Notes under the pieces: generated by a model | Told to the model about the DNA's origin: nothing | Seen by the model: the letters and a program-made list of their open reading frames with translations, nothing else | Database searches by the model: none | In this document: positions 39,601-51,698 of the stretch, one piece after another | How the letters are laid out: the number at the start of each line of letters is the position of its first letter | How positions within the stretch are numbered: the stretch's first letter is position 1 | Source: Ruditapes philippinarum | Lineage: Eukaryota | Length of the DNA: 64,000 bases | Assembly: GCF_026571515.1 (NCBI RefSeq) | Contig: NW_026852306.1 | Span: 124,001-188,000 of the forward strand | Reading direction: 5' to 3' | Position numbers and translations under genes: made by a program

Positions 39601-42059
39601 ATTGAAAATTTCTGTCATAACTGTTAGATATTAGTTTGAAGCGAGGCAACGAGAAACGTTTGTCCTATATTGAACGTTCTTAATATGTTTTATTGCGGTT
39701 CCCAATATGTGTGTTTTGGCTCGAGGTGAAAACAGGACCTTTTTGTTAGAAAAAAATAACATATTATATTAAGTTATTAACATATAACAAATATAAATAT
39801 TGCCAAATGAAAAGCAAATTTTCTCGTTACAGCTAAATAATCGTTTGCTTTATGTCTATGAAAAAGGTTTTGAAAATTAAGTATTTTGCATTGAATATAA
39901 AGCCCCTTTGGTTAAAGTGTTGCTTCTTTATGATTATGTATTTTTAACATTCAGGGCCGTTTGCATCACATGATAAGCATGTTTTGAGTACACACAGAGT
40001 ATATATTTTACGTTACATACATACTCCATACATTATAGGTAAATACAGTATAATACATACTGTCATTAAAAACTGCCAGTTTTTTTTTAAAAAGAAATTA
40101 CCAACTTATCTTGACCCGTAGAAGGAAATGCAGCTTCCCATACACAGTTTGTGCATTTCCTTATTCAAATGAGATATATAAAGTAAGAATATTCTAGATT
40201 TTAACAGATTTCTGCAAAAGAAATATTTTACTAAATGATGAGCATAGTACATCTTTAAATTCTAAGACTAGCTTGCCTTGTGTGAATAAAGATTTTGTTT
40301 CATATTTGGAATAAATCTGAAAATCCTGTTTTTATATAAGACTGAGGTATCTTCAAAACACGTGTTTCTTTATTGTTACATCCTCACACTAGACAATTGT
40401 GTTTAAAACGATTTAAATATTTGATTTTTTAAGTAAAGTTAAACAAATTAAAGACTGTCAAGCTCTTTAAAACATAAAAAATATGTAAATATATGAAAGT
40501 ATATTTCAGCTACTTGCATTCACAAAAAAAGGTTTCTGCAAAGGATTTTAATTCAGAAGTACAGAACAAGCTCTGTAAACTTAAAAAGTTATGAGACTCT
40601 ATGTAATATCTTTAACAACAGAAAATTATATTATTTTTTTTAGGAATATTAAAAAACCTTTTTTGTTTTTTATATACATGTACGAGAAATAAATAACATA
40701 GATGATACACTGTTTCCTTATACACTGTATATAATAATATTATAATAGTTATTAACAACAGTAAACTTTATCTTGGAAAAAAATGTAAATAATATTGTTA
40801 AAATTGCAAAATCTTTTTCTCATTGTGCGTGTTTTGAAAAGATTTCTTTATACTTTTATAATGTTTTGCAACTTTTTCCGGTACCATTTAGGGAAATTCA
40901 ATGTTTCCGGCTTTTGATAATAACAAATAACACTTTGACTCGCTTTGCCACTTCGTAGTTATTGACTTAAAGCTATTACTGTTAAGTTCTTAGTAAAAAC
41001 AATAGACAATAGAATAGACAAATTTTTCACATTGTTTTTTATGTCTATGTTTTTCTTTTGTCTCAAATTTCAAAGTTTTGATAATTATATAGAAATGGTC
41101 AGTTGCTATGGATTCACAGTTATTATATTTATTTTAACGAGTATGAAATAAAGACTTAGTTTGCTTTGAAATATTATATGGTTAATAAATAAATAGGGTC
41201 TGCATATATATGAATGTAAATGTTTTAGGCATAAACAATAAGGTTTTGTCGTCTATGTGTTGGTCTACTTCGAATACTTTTAAAGTTTCTTTACTTTTGT
41301 TATTGTTTGCCTATAGTTTGAGTAAGGAGGACTCTTTGACTCTTTGTTATCATGGCATATTTCTTTCGATATCACGCCACGTATCTTTTTTAATATTCCA
41401 GCATGCTTTTATTTCTATAATTTTACACGAATAAACTGCGTTTAGATTTAAGAAACGTAATAAAATTATTCTTTTTATCTATTTCACTTATGTTTGTTTC
41501 TACTCTATCTAAGTACTAAGCCCTTCTTGCCATTATATTAAACGGCAATAAGCAAACATTATGTCTTCTGATATAACTCTAAAGAAATGAATTATTGCCT
41601 AGAATCTTGCTTTGCCTGGCTCTAATAATAATCAAATACTTCACACAACATGATTATTCCCATTACAGCTTCCTGCTATTTCAAAAATCGATCGTTTACA
41701 ATAAACTATAAATTCTGCATTATTCATATTGACCTTGTTTTGTAGCAGAAATATTTTCTGTAATATCACCTAAACCATTTGATAATTGGTGCGAATGTGA
41801 GCATATGGTACTGTGTAAAATATATAGTGAATATCGTTAATTTTAATGAGGATAAATAAGAAGTGAACACAACTATGTCAAAAAAGGTAAAGGAATTTTA
41901 AACATGTTCATAATGGATTTGCTTTGGGAAAACCAGGATTGATTTGTCATAGAAAACATAGTTGGATGAAAACAATGACACAAAATACCACCTGGAGTAC
42001 AAAAGGTCTGATGGTTTAGATTGTGTTTTATATTTTGTCTTTCGTTTGCAATTTGATTG

Positions 42060-42245
42060 TTTTTCTTTACTTTTCTTTTTTTTTTTTTGGGGGGGGGGTT
42101 GGGTTTTTGTGTGTGTTTTTTGTTGTCAATTTGTTGTTATTGTCGTTGTTTTTATTCGTGCTGTTGTTGTCTTTGTTGATTTTTTTGTTGTCGTTCTTTC
42201 TTTTTGTTGTTGTTGTTGTTGTTGTTGTTTTGTCGTTTTTTCGTC
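42060..42245. repeat. Low-complexity (GTT)n / T-rich tract
   Basis: Direct inspection. Confidence 0.9.
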
Positions 42246-42469
42246 TTTCAATAATCATTTTTCATTTTTATTACGAAAATTTAATATATAAATAGATCTG
42301 CTAGTTTTGTCAAAAAGACATATTTATGTAAAACGTTCAACTGTTTTAACAGTAGCATTAATCTCTACCGTTCATGAAAAGGTTCAATCAAACCTAGCCT
42401 GTATTATTTTCAGTTTCGCTGTTTTCGATGTTCTTCGGACCCTAATTTTTTCCTCTAATTTAAAAAAGA

Positions 42470-43805
42470 AAAAAACATCATATATCAAGTCATATTACAA
42501 GCTCATTCATCAAGCTCATTTTACAAGTGAGGTAATGAATTATTCAAACAAGGATATAAGCTGTGTGAATAAATGTTGAGTTTTCTATTGATTGAGCTAC
42601 TTAACGCATTTCCTGTCTTGTATGTGTATCAGCTTTTTAAAATACTGCACGATTTAACTTTTGGGAGTTAATGGGGGAGATTTTGTTAACTGTATAACAT
42701 TTATTTACACCGCAACGATTTTTGCTGTGTTCCATCACTGATTTTATGTTAAGGGCAGATATCTCAAAAACAAGCTTAGTTATCCCTAGTGTTTTGCCCA
42801 AATGTTTCTATTTACTTACTGCATACGTTTGTCAATGACAAAGTGTCTATGATAAAACTGTAGAACACCTCTTTTAAAGATGATGGTAGCTCTATGCACT
42901 TTCTTGACAATAGACAAAAAACAAAGCAATTGATTTATGAACAGTGCACTAGGATATGTTTGTTATAGTTTAACTTCTTAACGAGGTTTTGACCTGAAAC
43001 GATAATACTATTAATATTTGGCTGATGCATGTATTTCAACACAATACGTTGCATACAATATTAAATCAAATCAATACTTTAAGTGAATTTGTCTATAGTG
43101 GAAGGATTGTAATACCATAAAATTATGTTGATGTAGTATTTAATATCATATCTGACATCAGACCAGTGAAAGTATTATATATGGATGTAAACCGTAGTAA
43201 GTAAATGGAAGATACATGATCGGATGTTACATGTTTATAGGTGGCCGATAATAAAGTGTTCTAGAGTAAAATAATATTATTCGTCATATAAAAGTTCATA
43301 CTAACTCACTTGAAAACCCTTTATCTTTCAAGAAACATTTTAAACGAATATCTAAATGATGCATTCCTAATGTTTTTTGTTCAATATTTGAAATATCTAT
43401 TGAATGTGTGTACAATGTAGACCAGTCCACTTAAATCATTACAAAAGACAATGTCAAGTAACCAGAATAAAATGAAATCATCAAAAACAAAAACAATAAT
43501 CAGAATTTCAACTACACTTAAGGATTCGTGATCATAGCAAATTTATGATTCTGGTAACAGTGTAATTTTACATAGTTAATACTGGGAGCATTAAAGTATT
43601 TATATGATATTGTCCGGAAATATTTGTGTGATATAACATTCAATCAATGTCTGGAGGCATCATTCCATGATGTCAAATTGTGTCTTGTTTATGGCGATAA
43701 TATCCAAAGGCATTTAATGTCCATTTCTCCAGGAAACAATCACTCTTTCTGGTAAGACAAATATCCTACAATGTGATGAACAATAGCATGAATTAAACTG
43801 TTCTA
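42470..43805 (-). pseudogene. Decayed ORF remnant, older paralog of 47150-48140 and 55835-56810
   Basis: Minus frames give HSLYPCL (about 42545-42565) and RVIVSWRNGH (about 43720-43750). Synonymous differences versus about 48000 (att/atc, cag/caa, aga/cga). Confidence 0.45.
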
Positions 43806-44787
43806 TTTTCAGTAGTTTATTATGAGGTTACAAAAAGAGTTCGTTTTAGGATTTATTTCAGTGAGTATATTAAAGATTAGTAATTTTTGTTTAAACTTTG
43901 AAAAGGAATAATTCCGCATCCCCATATGCAAAAAATATTGGTATACTTCGTTAAGAGCAAATGACGATTGTACGAAATCATTGCTAAGCGATTACTTAAA
44001 AATCAGCATTATATTTTGTTACGGAATATTTTATTTTATTAACGTGCATTATTCTTTATTAAATAACAACAACATTCTAGGTAACAACACTTTCGAGAAT
44101 TTGCCTTAAGACTATGAAAACATTATCATTTTATCATTTATAAGATAAACCTTTTAACCCTTGAAGGTAAGGTAATTTGTATGTAAACACAGATATAGTT
44201 CCCGACATATATTTTATATTATGCGTGATATATGTACTTCTTGGTACTAATAAAAGGTAAAATATAAATATTGTGGAAGTAAGAGAACGAAACTGTGTTA
44301 ATTTAATCAACTTTTGTTTGCGTAATCCGTTACCTACTTATTCTGTTTCAATAGATTTTATCGAAAATGTCAGTGGCATTTTGATAGTTAACAACTGGTA
44401 AACTAAATTTATCAAATGCACAATCGTTGAACGATATGACAGTAAATTATTAATGAATTGTTACATATGCAATATTTCAGTATATAATTGTTGTGTAAAA
44501 TGAGTGTTACTAAAGACTGGTAATGAATTAATATCTGATGATAGTATGTGATTAGACATACTACATTTGTGTGGAAATCAGGAGCAAAGACATATTAGTT
44601 TTACACATAAATATAAATTGGGTGTTATAAATATGATAAAATATGGCATTTTTGACTCACACCAACAAGTGTTTAGAGCTTTTTAGCAGCTGTAAAAGGT
44701 TTACCCATACTTTGTTTTAGCGTAGTTATATTTTTCTGGTCAATCCAGAAAAATGATTCCTATACTTTAATTGTTAAAAATCAAATG

Positions 44788-44875
44788 CCGCTCATGGCGG
44801 TGTTTGGGGGCTTGCATTAGTTTTACAGTTCCCATATTCTCTCATTAGAACACCGAATCAAACCGAGCTTGCAAC
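44788..44875. ncRNA. Degenerate copy C of the structured element
   Basis: CCGCTCATGGCGGTGTTTGGGGGC ... aatcaaaccgagcttgcaac. Confidence 0.45.
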
Positions 44876-47800
44876 TTTCAAATTTTTGTTGTGTTATATC
44901 ACTGAATCTACAATGTTTAGTTTTTTGTTGTTTTTTTTTAATTTTAATCCATTTCTGTGGATATCCTTTTACTGATTTTATTACAAAAAATAATTCCAGC
45001 TGTGTTCGATAATATAAATGTAGATACAACATTTATTTTGTTAGATGATTCAATAAATTGCATGCTGAATATTGAGAAGAAATCATCTGCCTTATATCAT
45101 ATAACAATTTGCTCTATCATTCTTTGAGGGTGAACAGAATAATATCTAATCGAATACATGTAGCTCATAATTGTAATTTCTAATTTTCTTTTCATAGTAG
45201 ATCACTGATGAGAAAGTAAATGAGTGTTATATAATGATATGCATGATACTCTGAGTACGTAAACAAATAATAAAATCAACTCAAAATTTATTTTGAAAAA
45301 AAAAAAAACATGACTTTGCAGCTTAATTCGCAAATGTTTCTTTACATCCTTTGCCCATTACAGTAATATTGTCAGGTTTATCATAAGCTTGACACCGAAA
45401 TCAGATGAATCAGTCAGTCAGGCAATCAATAAGTCATCAGTCAATAAGTCAATCATTCGATCATTCAATCCACAGTCAATCAAAGCATACGACTTCTAAT
45501 TATGACGTCACAGACTCGAATTCCAAAATGGAATTTGGCTACGATTTCCTACAATCTCTTTTTCGGCTCTAGAATTTATAATCATCAAGAAAGCAAGAAA
45601 GTAGTTATTTATAATAGTTTATATTAATAGAAAGCGCATTCTCTAAACCGAGGGGACATTAAGTTTGAACAAAAAGTAGGTTTATCGGTGCATAGGGAGG
45701 TATTTAGGCCTTATAAGTGCAAAACATCTTGGTAGCTTTTCGGGCTCACTCGGAAATTTAAATTTAAAGACAGATTTTGTTCAATGTTTCTCACCAATTG
45801 ATTTTTTTTCGAAAGCTAAAATTTTCCCTTTTATTTAAACGGTAAAATCCAGATTTAACTCACTATGGAAAAAAACAAAGAAAAAGTGTGCTTAAATTTT
45901 TGCCATATTTGGGAAAATTTATTTTTTTGTTTTTTGGGAAATGTGGGACAGACCGTTTTTATATTCACTAACATGTTGGTGTTGTTTTAAGCAGCTGCTC
46001 TTTACCATTGAAAATATAATCGAAGGTTTCTGTCACAAAAAAATAAAAAGTTGAAATAAAAATTTTTGTTTGAGAAAATAATAATTTTGCTGTTAAAAAA
46101 GCAAAGGTCACATTTTCTGCAGCAATAAAAATATCGATTAGAATTGCAGACAACCGATTTTAGATTTTCTATTAAACCACAAATATAGCAGGAATAAATA
46201 TCAGGGGGAAAGGTAGTGATAATTAATGTTATGAAATAGCAAAGAAATAAATCAGAGTAATTGCAGCTAGAAACATAATATATTTCCTGTGTATTTTTAT
46301 ATATTCCGTCACAAGTAAGCTTAAATGTGAAATAATGTAATGTAGTCTTTGAGAAAAGGTGTACGGCTAGACCAGACACATACCTCTTGTTTGATTTTGT
46401 TTGATGATAATTTTTCAATCATTACATGAATCCTCATTCACAAGAAATAGTTTCCATCGAACGGGATTCATTAAAGTACAGTAGCCCGAAAGATAATACA
46501 TGAAGTTTAAACTAAAACCGACACAATAAGGGATTTAAACTTACGATCGCTGGCTAAACAACAGCACAACTAAACATACCATTCTTAACAACAGAGGTAA
46601 AGAATCGATTATCTGACACATTTGTAGCATGATATATTTACAGTTATCGAGGAAGGATTGAACTCAAAGTTTCTAGAGTCCGCTAACACATCTTGCTTCT
46701 GAGACAATTGTTCTTTCTAGAGTTTGCCGAGCACATCTGCCACACTTCTAAACTGTGATGAGTGCGCACCCGCAATGTCGCATTTGTCAAAATCTCTACA
46801 ATTCTTGTATTAGGCTCAGAGTAAATCCGAATCAGCAGTCCTTTTTGCAATATTTATTTTTATCTCCTATATTCAAGTTTTGTTAATTATATAGAAAGGT
46901 TGACTGCTTTGGAATTGCTTTTATTATATATGAGTACGAAATTATGTGTTCTTCGTAATGTTATTTCTTATTAATTAATTATTATGGAAGCATCCATTTT
47001 CCTAAAGCATTCTGTAGGAAAAACAGTAAGGTTTATGGCCAATACAAACAGATAATATCATTTGAGATGTATTATAGATAGTATCAGCAATATCCAACAT
47101 TTTGAGCTTTAGAAAAGTATTACTAACTCACACAACTTGAACTAGAACAATACATCATATATCAAAACTTATTACAAGACTGATTCATCAAACATGTCTA
47201 CCTAAATACTGCTGTGCAAGTGAACTAATGAATTATTCAAACAAGGATATCTGCAGTGTGAACAACCGTTCATTTTTCTATTGATTGAGTTACTTAACGT
47301 TTTTTACTCCTATATCAGCTTTTCAAAAGACTGCATGATTTAACTATGAATGCAAAGGAAGAGATCTTTGTAATCTTTACATCTTTTTTATTACAAATGC
47401 TGATCATTTGAATGAGCATACCACAGTGTCATGTAGACATATAGGCAGAATAAAAATTGTGTGATAAAATTCATCTTAACTTTGCATATCCTTAGCTTAT
47501 GATTACATAAATATTATAATAAAATAAATAAAGAGTCACTGAGATCTGATTTGAATGATATGCCCTTAATTTTGAAAGTTTTGTTTATTTCAAGGGCAGA
47601 TAATTCACAATCAAAGTAAACAAAGCCTTATTTTGTCCTGCTGAGCTGTGTAGCTGACTTCTTTTAGAGTATTTAGATAAACGTTATAAATTGATGAAAG
47701 AGATTAGTTTGTGTGTTGCATTTTCTTCATAAGGTTTTTTTTGTGCAATGCATATTGGATACATAATCGTTACTGATCTATTATGATGAAGACAAGATGA

Positions 47801-48519
47801 AATAAACACAAAAGACAATTTCCCGAACAGCCTATTAATTAATATTTAATTCGGCTTCAATACCCGTAGCATGTTTAAGTAAGCAACTTTTATTTGTCAA
47901 TTCATGCTCCAGGTAGCAATGTAGTTTTACAGAATTAAAATTGGGAGCATTTAAGTGATGATATGGCCCGAAAATATGTGTGTGATATAACATTCGATCA
48001 ATATTTGGAGGCATGGTTTCATGATTTCAGTTTGTATCTTGTTTATTGAGATAATATCCAATGACATTTAATGTCCATTACTCTAGGAAACGATCACTCG
48101 TTCTATAAAGACAAATATCCAACAATGTGTTGAACAAAAGCACTTACAAAACTGTTCTTATACTTGTAAATACCATTTGCTTTAAAATGGACTTTACAGA
48201 TAATATCATTAGTATATTGATTTTGTACAATTGTTTTGAATGTCATAGACATTATTTCTAGTGCAAGTCATGAATCATTTAAATGTCAAATTATCAAAAA
48301 TATTTTTCCTCTCATAAACTTAAAAACAAAATCTCAAACTGGGGATTAAAGCCACGGCGTGAAGATTGTAGTGCAAGACTTTCAGACGATTCCAATTTGC
48401 ATATTCATTAGGTCTGTAGACAGCAAAATAAAATTTAATGTTTTGAAATTGTTTTTTTATATATATTACCATAAAAGCAGTGATGCACAATACTATTGAG
48501 GACTTACTATACTAACTAA

Positions 48520-48775
48520 TGTGGTGTAATCGCCATATTTGACAAAACCGTGGGTTGGTCCAATAATAAAGATTCCGAAAAACTACAAATTGTGGTTCAA
48601 CCAGCATATTTGATAAAATTAAGTGCAATCGTGGGTTGGTTCAATCTTATTTCTTTGACAATCTAGAAATAGTGGTTTAATCACCATGTTTGATAAAACT
48701 TAGTGCAACCGTGGGCTATCCAATTATAAAGTTTTTGAAAATCAAGAATTGTGGTTGAACAAACATATTTGATAA
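48520..48775. repeat. ~80-bp tandem repeat, about 3 copies
   Basis: Unit aaacttagtgcaaccgtgggttggtccaat...tgtggttcaacc.catatttgata. Confidence 0.85.
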
Positions 48776-49737
48776 GTACTTTTACTAGTATAAAGAACTG
48801 TAATTGAAACTGACGTATAAATGTTTCAAAGGGAGATCTAATTGTGTTGCTCGTTCCATATTGTAGAGTTTTCTTTATTTAGATGTTAAAGTTTTGAAAT
48901 AGTTTAACTTTACTAAAACATTTAAAAAATGAAAATGTAATGCCCTATATATTGATTATTTAGGTATTATTAAAACATGTTTTAGATGCAAAAAATGGTT
49001 GGGTCATACTTTGATCAGCACTTTTAAAAGAACAATAGACTCCAATCGACATTTTTACTTAGTTGAAGATTTGGCAGAAAAAGAAGCTAGAAATAAGAAT
49101 TGATATATTGTATATGACTCGTAAAGCCATATAAAATAACAATTTTTATGATTTTCAGAGCCTATGTTGTTTTTGACATTTATGTATCAAGTAATAGATA
49201 CTTGTCGTTTGTTATCGTATATATTATATTAAATGGGCAGTATGTCCATAAAAAAGAGAGCTTTTTCAATGGATTTCAACTTTTGACTCCAGCACCGAAG
49301 TGTTAAAACAGAAAGCAAAATGTAAAGAATTGACAAAGCGTTTGAGTGCAATAAATTGTCGCGACCAAAATACAGCAATGTTTGCGACCATATATGACTT
49401 TTGTCTTTTTATACATGAATACAATTTTTATATGGCCAGAAACTTCACAAGTTTTGTCAATTTCTCTTTTATTTTCCATACTTCTTTCAATTGCATTTCC
49501 TTCAATAGAAAACTTTACATACATTACTTAGTACTGGTTAGTTTCAGAAACAGATTCGAGAGTGTTTCCATAATTATATAGCTTCCAACACAATCGAACT
49601 AAAATGAATTCGTATAAACTAAACTAGTTGTAATTGTTTTTTATTGCTAAACAGACAAAAAGGGTGATATTTACGGTTTATCTCTGTTATTTAAACTATT
49701 TTTATTGCGAGTTATCTTTCTTACGTTGGGTATCTGT

Positions 49738-49955
49738 AAGTGATTGGTTTTAGTTGCTGACTTCAAATTACTAGTGGGTTCGAATCCCGTCAGAGTCTTT
49801 GAGGTGAATAAGCTGTCTAGCTGTTAACTCGGGCGGCCGTTCGTGCTTGAAACTATGCAAGAAGTAGTAGTATCGGAGATCTTCCACCTCCAGTAAAGAT
49901 GGATAGTCGCCATATGATACAGAATATGTGCGACTTAAAACCCAATACATAAAAG
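49738..49955 (+). mobile_element. tRNA-derived SINE, degenerate
   Basis: B box GGGTTCGAATCCC at about 49776-49788 and 3' end gtcgccatatga..gtgcgacttaaaacccaatacataaaa. Confidence 0.75.
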
Positions 49956-50678
49956 TTCATTTGAAAACAAACTTTACACTAATTTTATATTTTATTTTCT
50001 ATTGATCTAGTGAGTTTCATATAGAAAGATCCTGATTTAACTAACTTTATTTTACTAAATCTAATAGAAACTTTTGTCGGTAGTTGCGCATAGTTGAAAT
50101 AGCTGTTAAGTTGGATATCTCCTTTTCTTATTCAATATCCGTTAATTAGGTTCGAATTTTATTGAGAGAGTGAAAACTATTAGCTAGATCTTTAGACTAG
50201 ACAATAATTACACGTATAAAGGAAATTATGGAAGTAACTAATTAATTTCACCAGAGCCTTGGCAAAAAACATCGTAATCACGCAAAGTAACGCAGCTGAC
50301 ATTTTCTAACGTGCTAATGAATTGAATGATGAGGTTAACATTTTAAAAGAAATTTTGTACAAAGACATTTTGTACAAAGTACAACGCCATATAAGCTATA
50401 GATACTTAGTACTAATCAATAGTAATATTTCAGGAAAAGCAGTTTAAAATCTCAATTTCTTTTCTGTTCCATCTATAAGATAACTAGTAATTTAAAAGCA
50501 AAAGTAGTTTATTTGACATTTCGGTAAGATGTTATATGCCGGTTTGAAGTAAATGCATGAAGTATATATCATGCAATACGCATAACCATTGCAAAAACAT
50601 GATGTAAAGATATGCAATTTATACAAACATAATTTTATAACGCATATATGACACGCCAAATTTAATTGTTTCATGTAT

Positions 50679-51290
50679 TCACAGCGCCTTTTGTCTTTTC
50701 ACTTTTTTCAGTGCAGGCTTTTCAACCGCTGGTGTTTTCGCCGGTTCATGGCCGCTGGTATTTTCGCTGCCGGCTTCATGGCCGGTGGTATTTTCGCTGC
50801 CGGCTTCATGGCCGGTGGTATTTTCGCTCCCTGCTTCATGGCCGCTGGTATTTTCGCTGCCGTCTTCACGGCCGTTGGTGCTTTCGCTGCTGGCTTCTTT
50901 GGCATTTGTATTTTTTGCTGGCGGCTTCATTGACGTTGGTGCTTTCTCTCAATACTTCTTGGCCGCTGCTGTTTCGATGCCAGCTTCTAGGGCGCTGGTA
51001 TTTTCGCTGCCGGCTTCTTTGGCGCTTGAATTTTTGCTTACAGCTTCCTTGACGTTTTTACTGCAAGCGTCTTGGCCGCTGCCGTTTTCGCTGCCAGCTT
51101 CTAGGTCGCTGGCGTTTTTGCTGTAGGCTTCTTGGCCGCTTGTGTTGGGCTTACTGGTTCCTAACCGCTGGTGATTACGTTTTCGTTTTCCTTTTAGCCA
51201 GTTTCTTACCTTGGGTTGCAGTCTCACGGTTTGTTTTGGTAATTCCACTTTCGACACTTTGACGACGCAGCTCTGGCTTCTTAGCTTCAT
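50679..51290 (-). pseudogene. Frameshifted histone-H1-tail-like (K/A/P-rich) gene with 30-bp repeats
   Basis: Start MKLRSQSCVVKV, then 30-bp repeats encoding KPAAK(I/T)PAA(K/M). Repeat variation includes synonymous changes in the K/A/P frame (ccg/cca/cct, gca/gcg), but that frame carries TAG stops and frameshifts. No globular H1 domain seen. Confidence 0.65.
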
Positions 51291-51659
51291 TACGCCTCAC
51301 TATCAAATTGATAGAAGCGATTCAATTTACAAAAGGCACAAAGTGCATAAATTGCCTTTTTACTGCTTTTCATGGTCGTTAAACGAAGCAGCAGTTCGTT
51401 AAGCAAGCAAGTAATCGAATTTAATAATGATTGCCTAGTACGTATGTCGCAATTTGTTGCACTAATTTGAAACGTTTCTTATGCATCATTATAGAAATTG
51501 CCTAACACCTATGTTTTCGGTACATTGTGTTTCTGACTTTTCATGATTTTCTCGTGGTAGGTTATAATTGAAACATGCATTGATAGGGCCATTATAAAGT
51601 TTTATACGATTATTGCAATGATTATATGACTTATATATAGCTTTTATTTTATTATATCG

Positions 51660-51698
51660 TTTGTTTGTTTGTTTGTTTGTTTGTTTGTTTGTTTGTTT
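51660..51698. repeat. (TTTG)n microsatellite
   Basis: Direct inspection. Absent from unit 2. Confidence 0.9.

Noticed and set aside
41962-42295. Hydrophobic poly-V/C/L ORFs
   Set aside because: Translation of (GTT)n and T-rich low complexity.
42530-42660. Plus-strand GNELFKQG, a TPR-like start
   Set aside because: The rest of a TPR is absent and the neighbouring paralogous segment favours minus-strand coding. Not fully excluded, as the minus frame has a shared TGA nearby.
50666-51126. Plus-strand repetitive ORFs
   Set aside because: Antisense shadows of the 30-bp repeat of the minus-strand H1-like gene.
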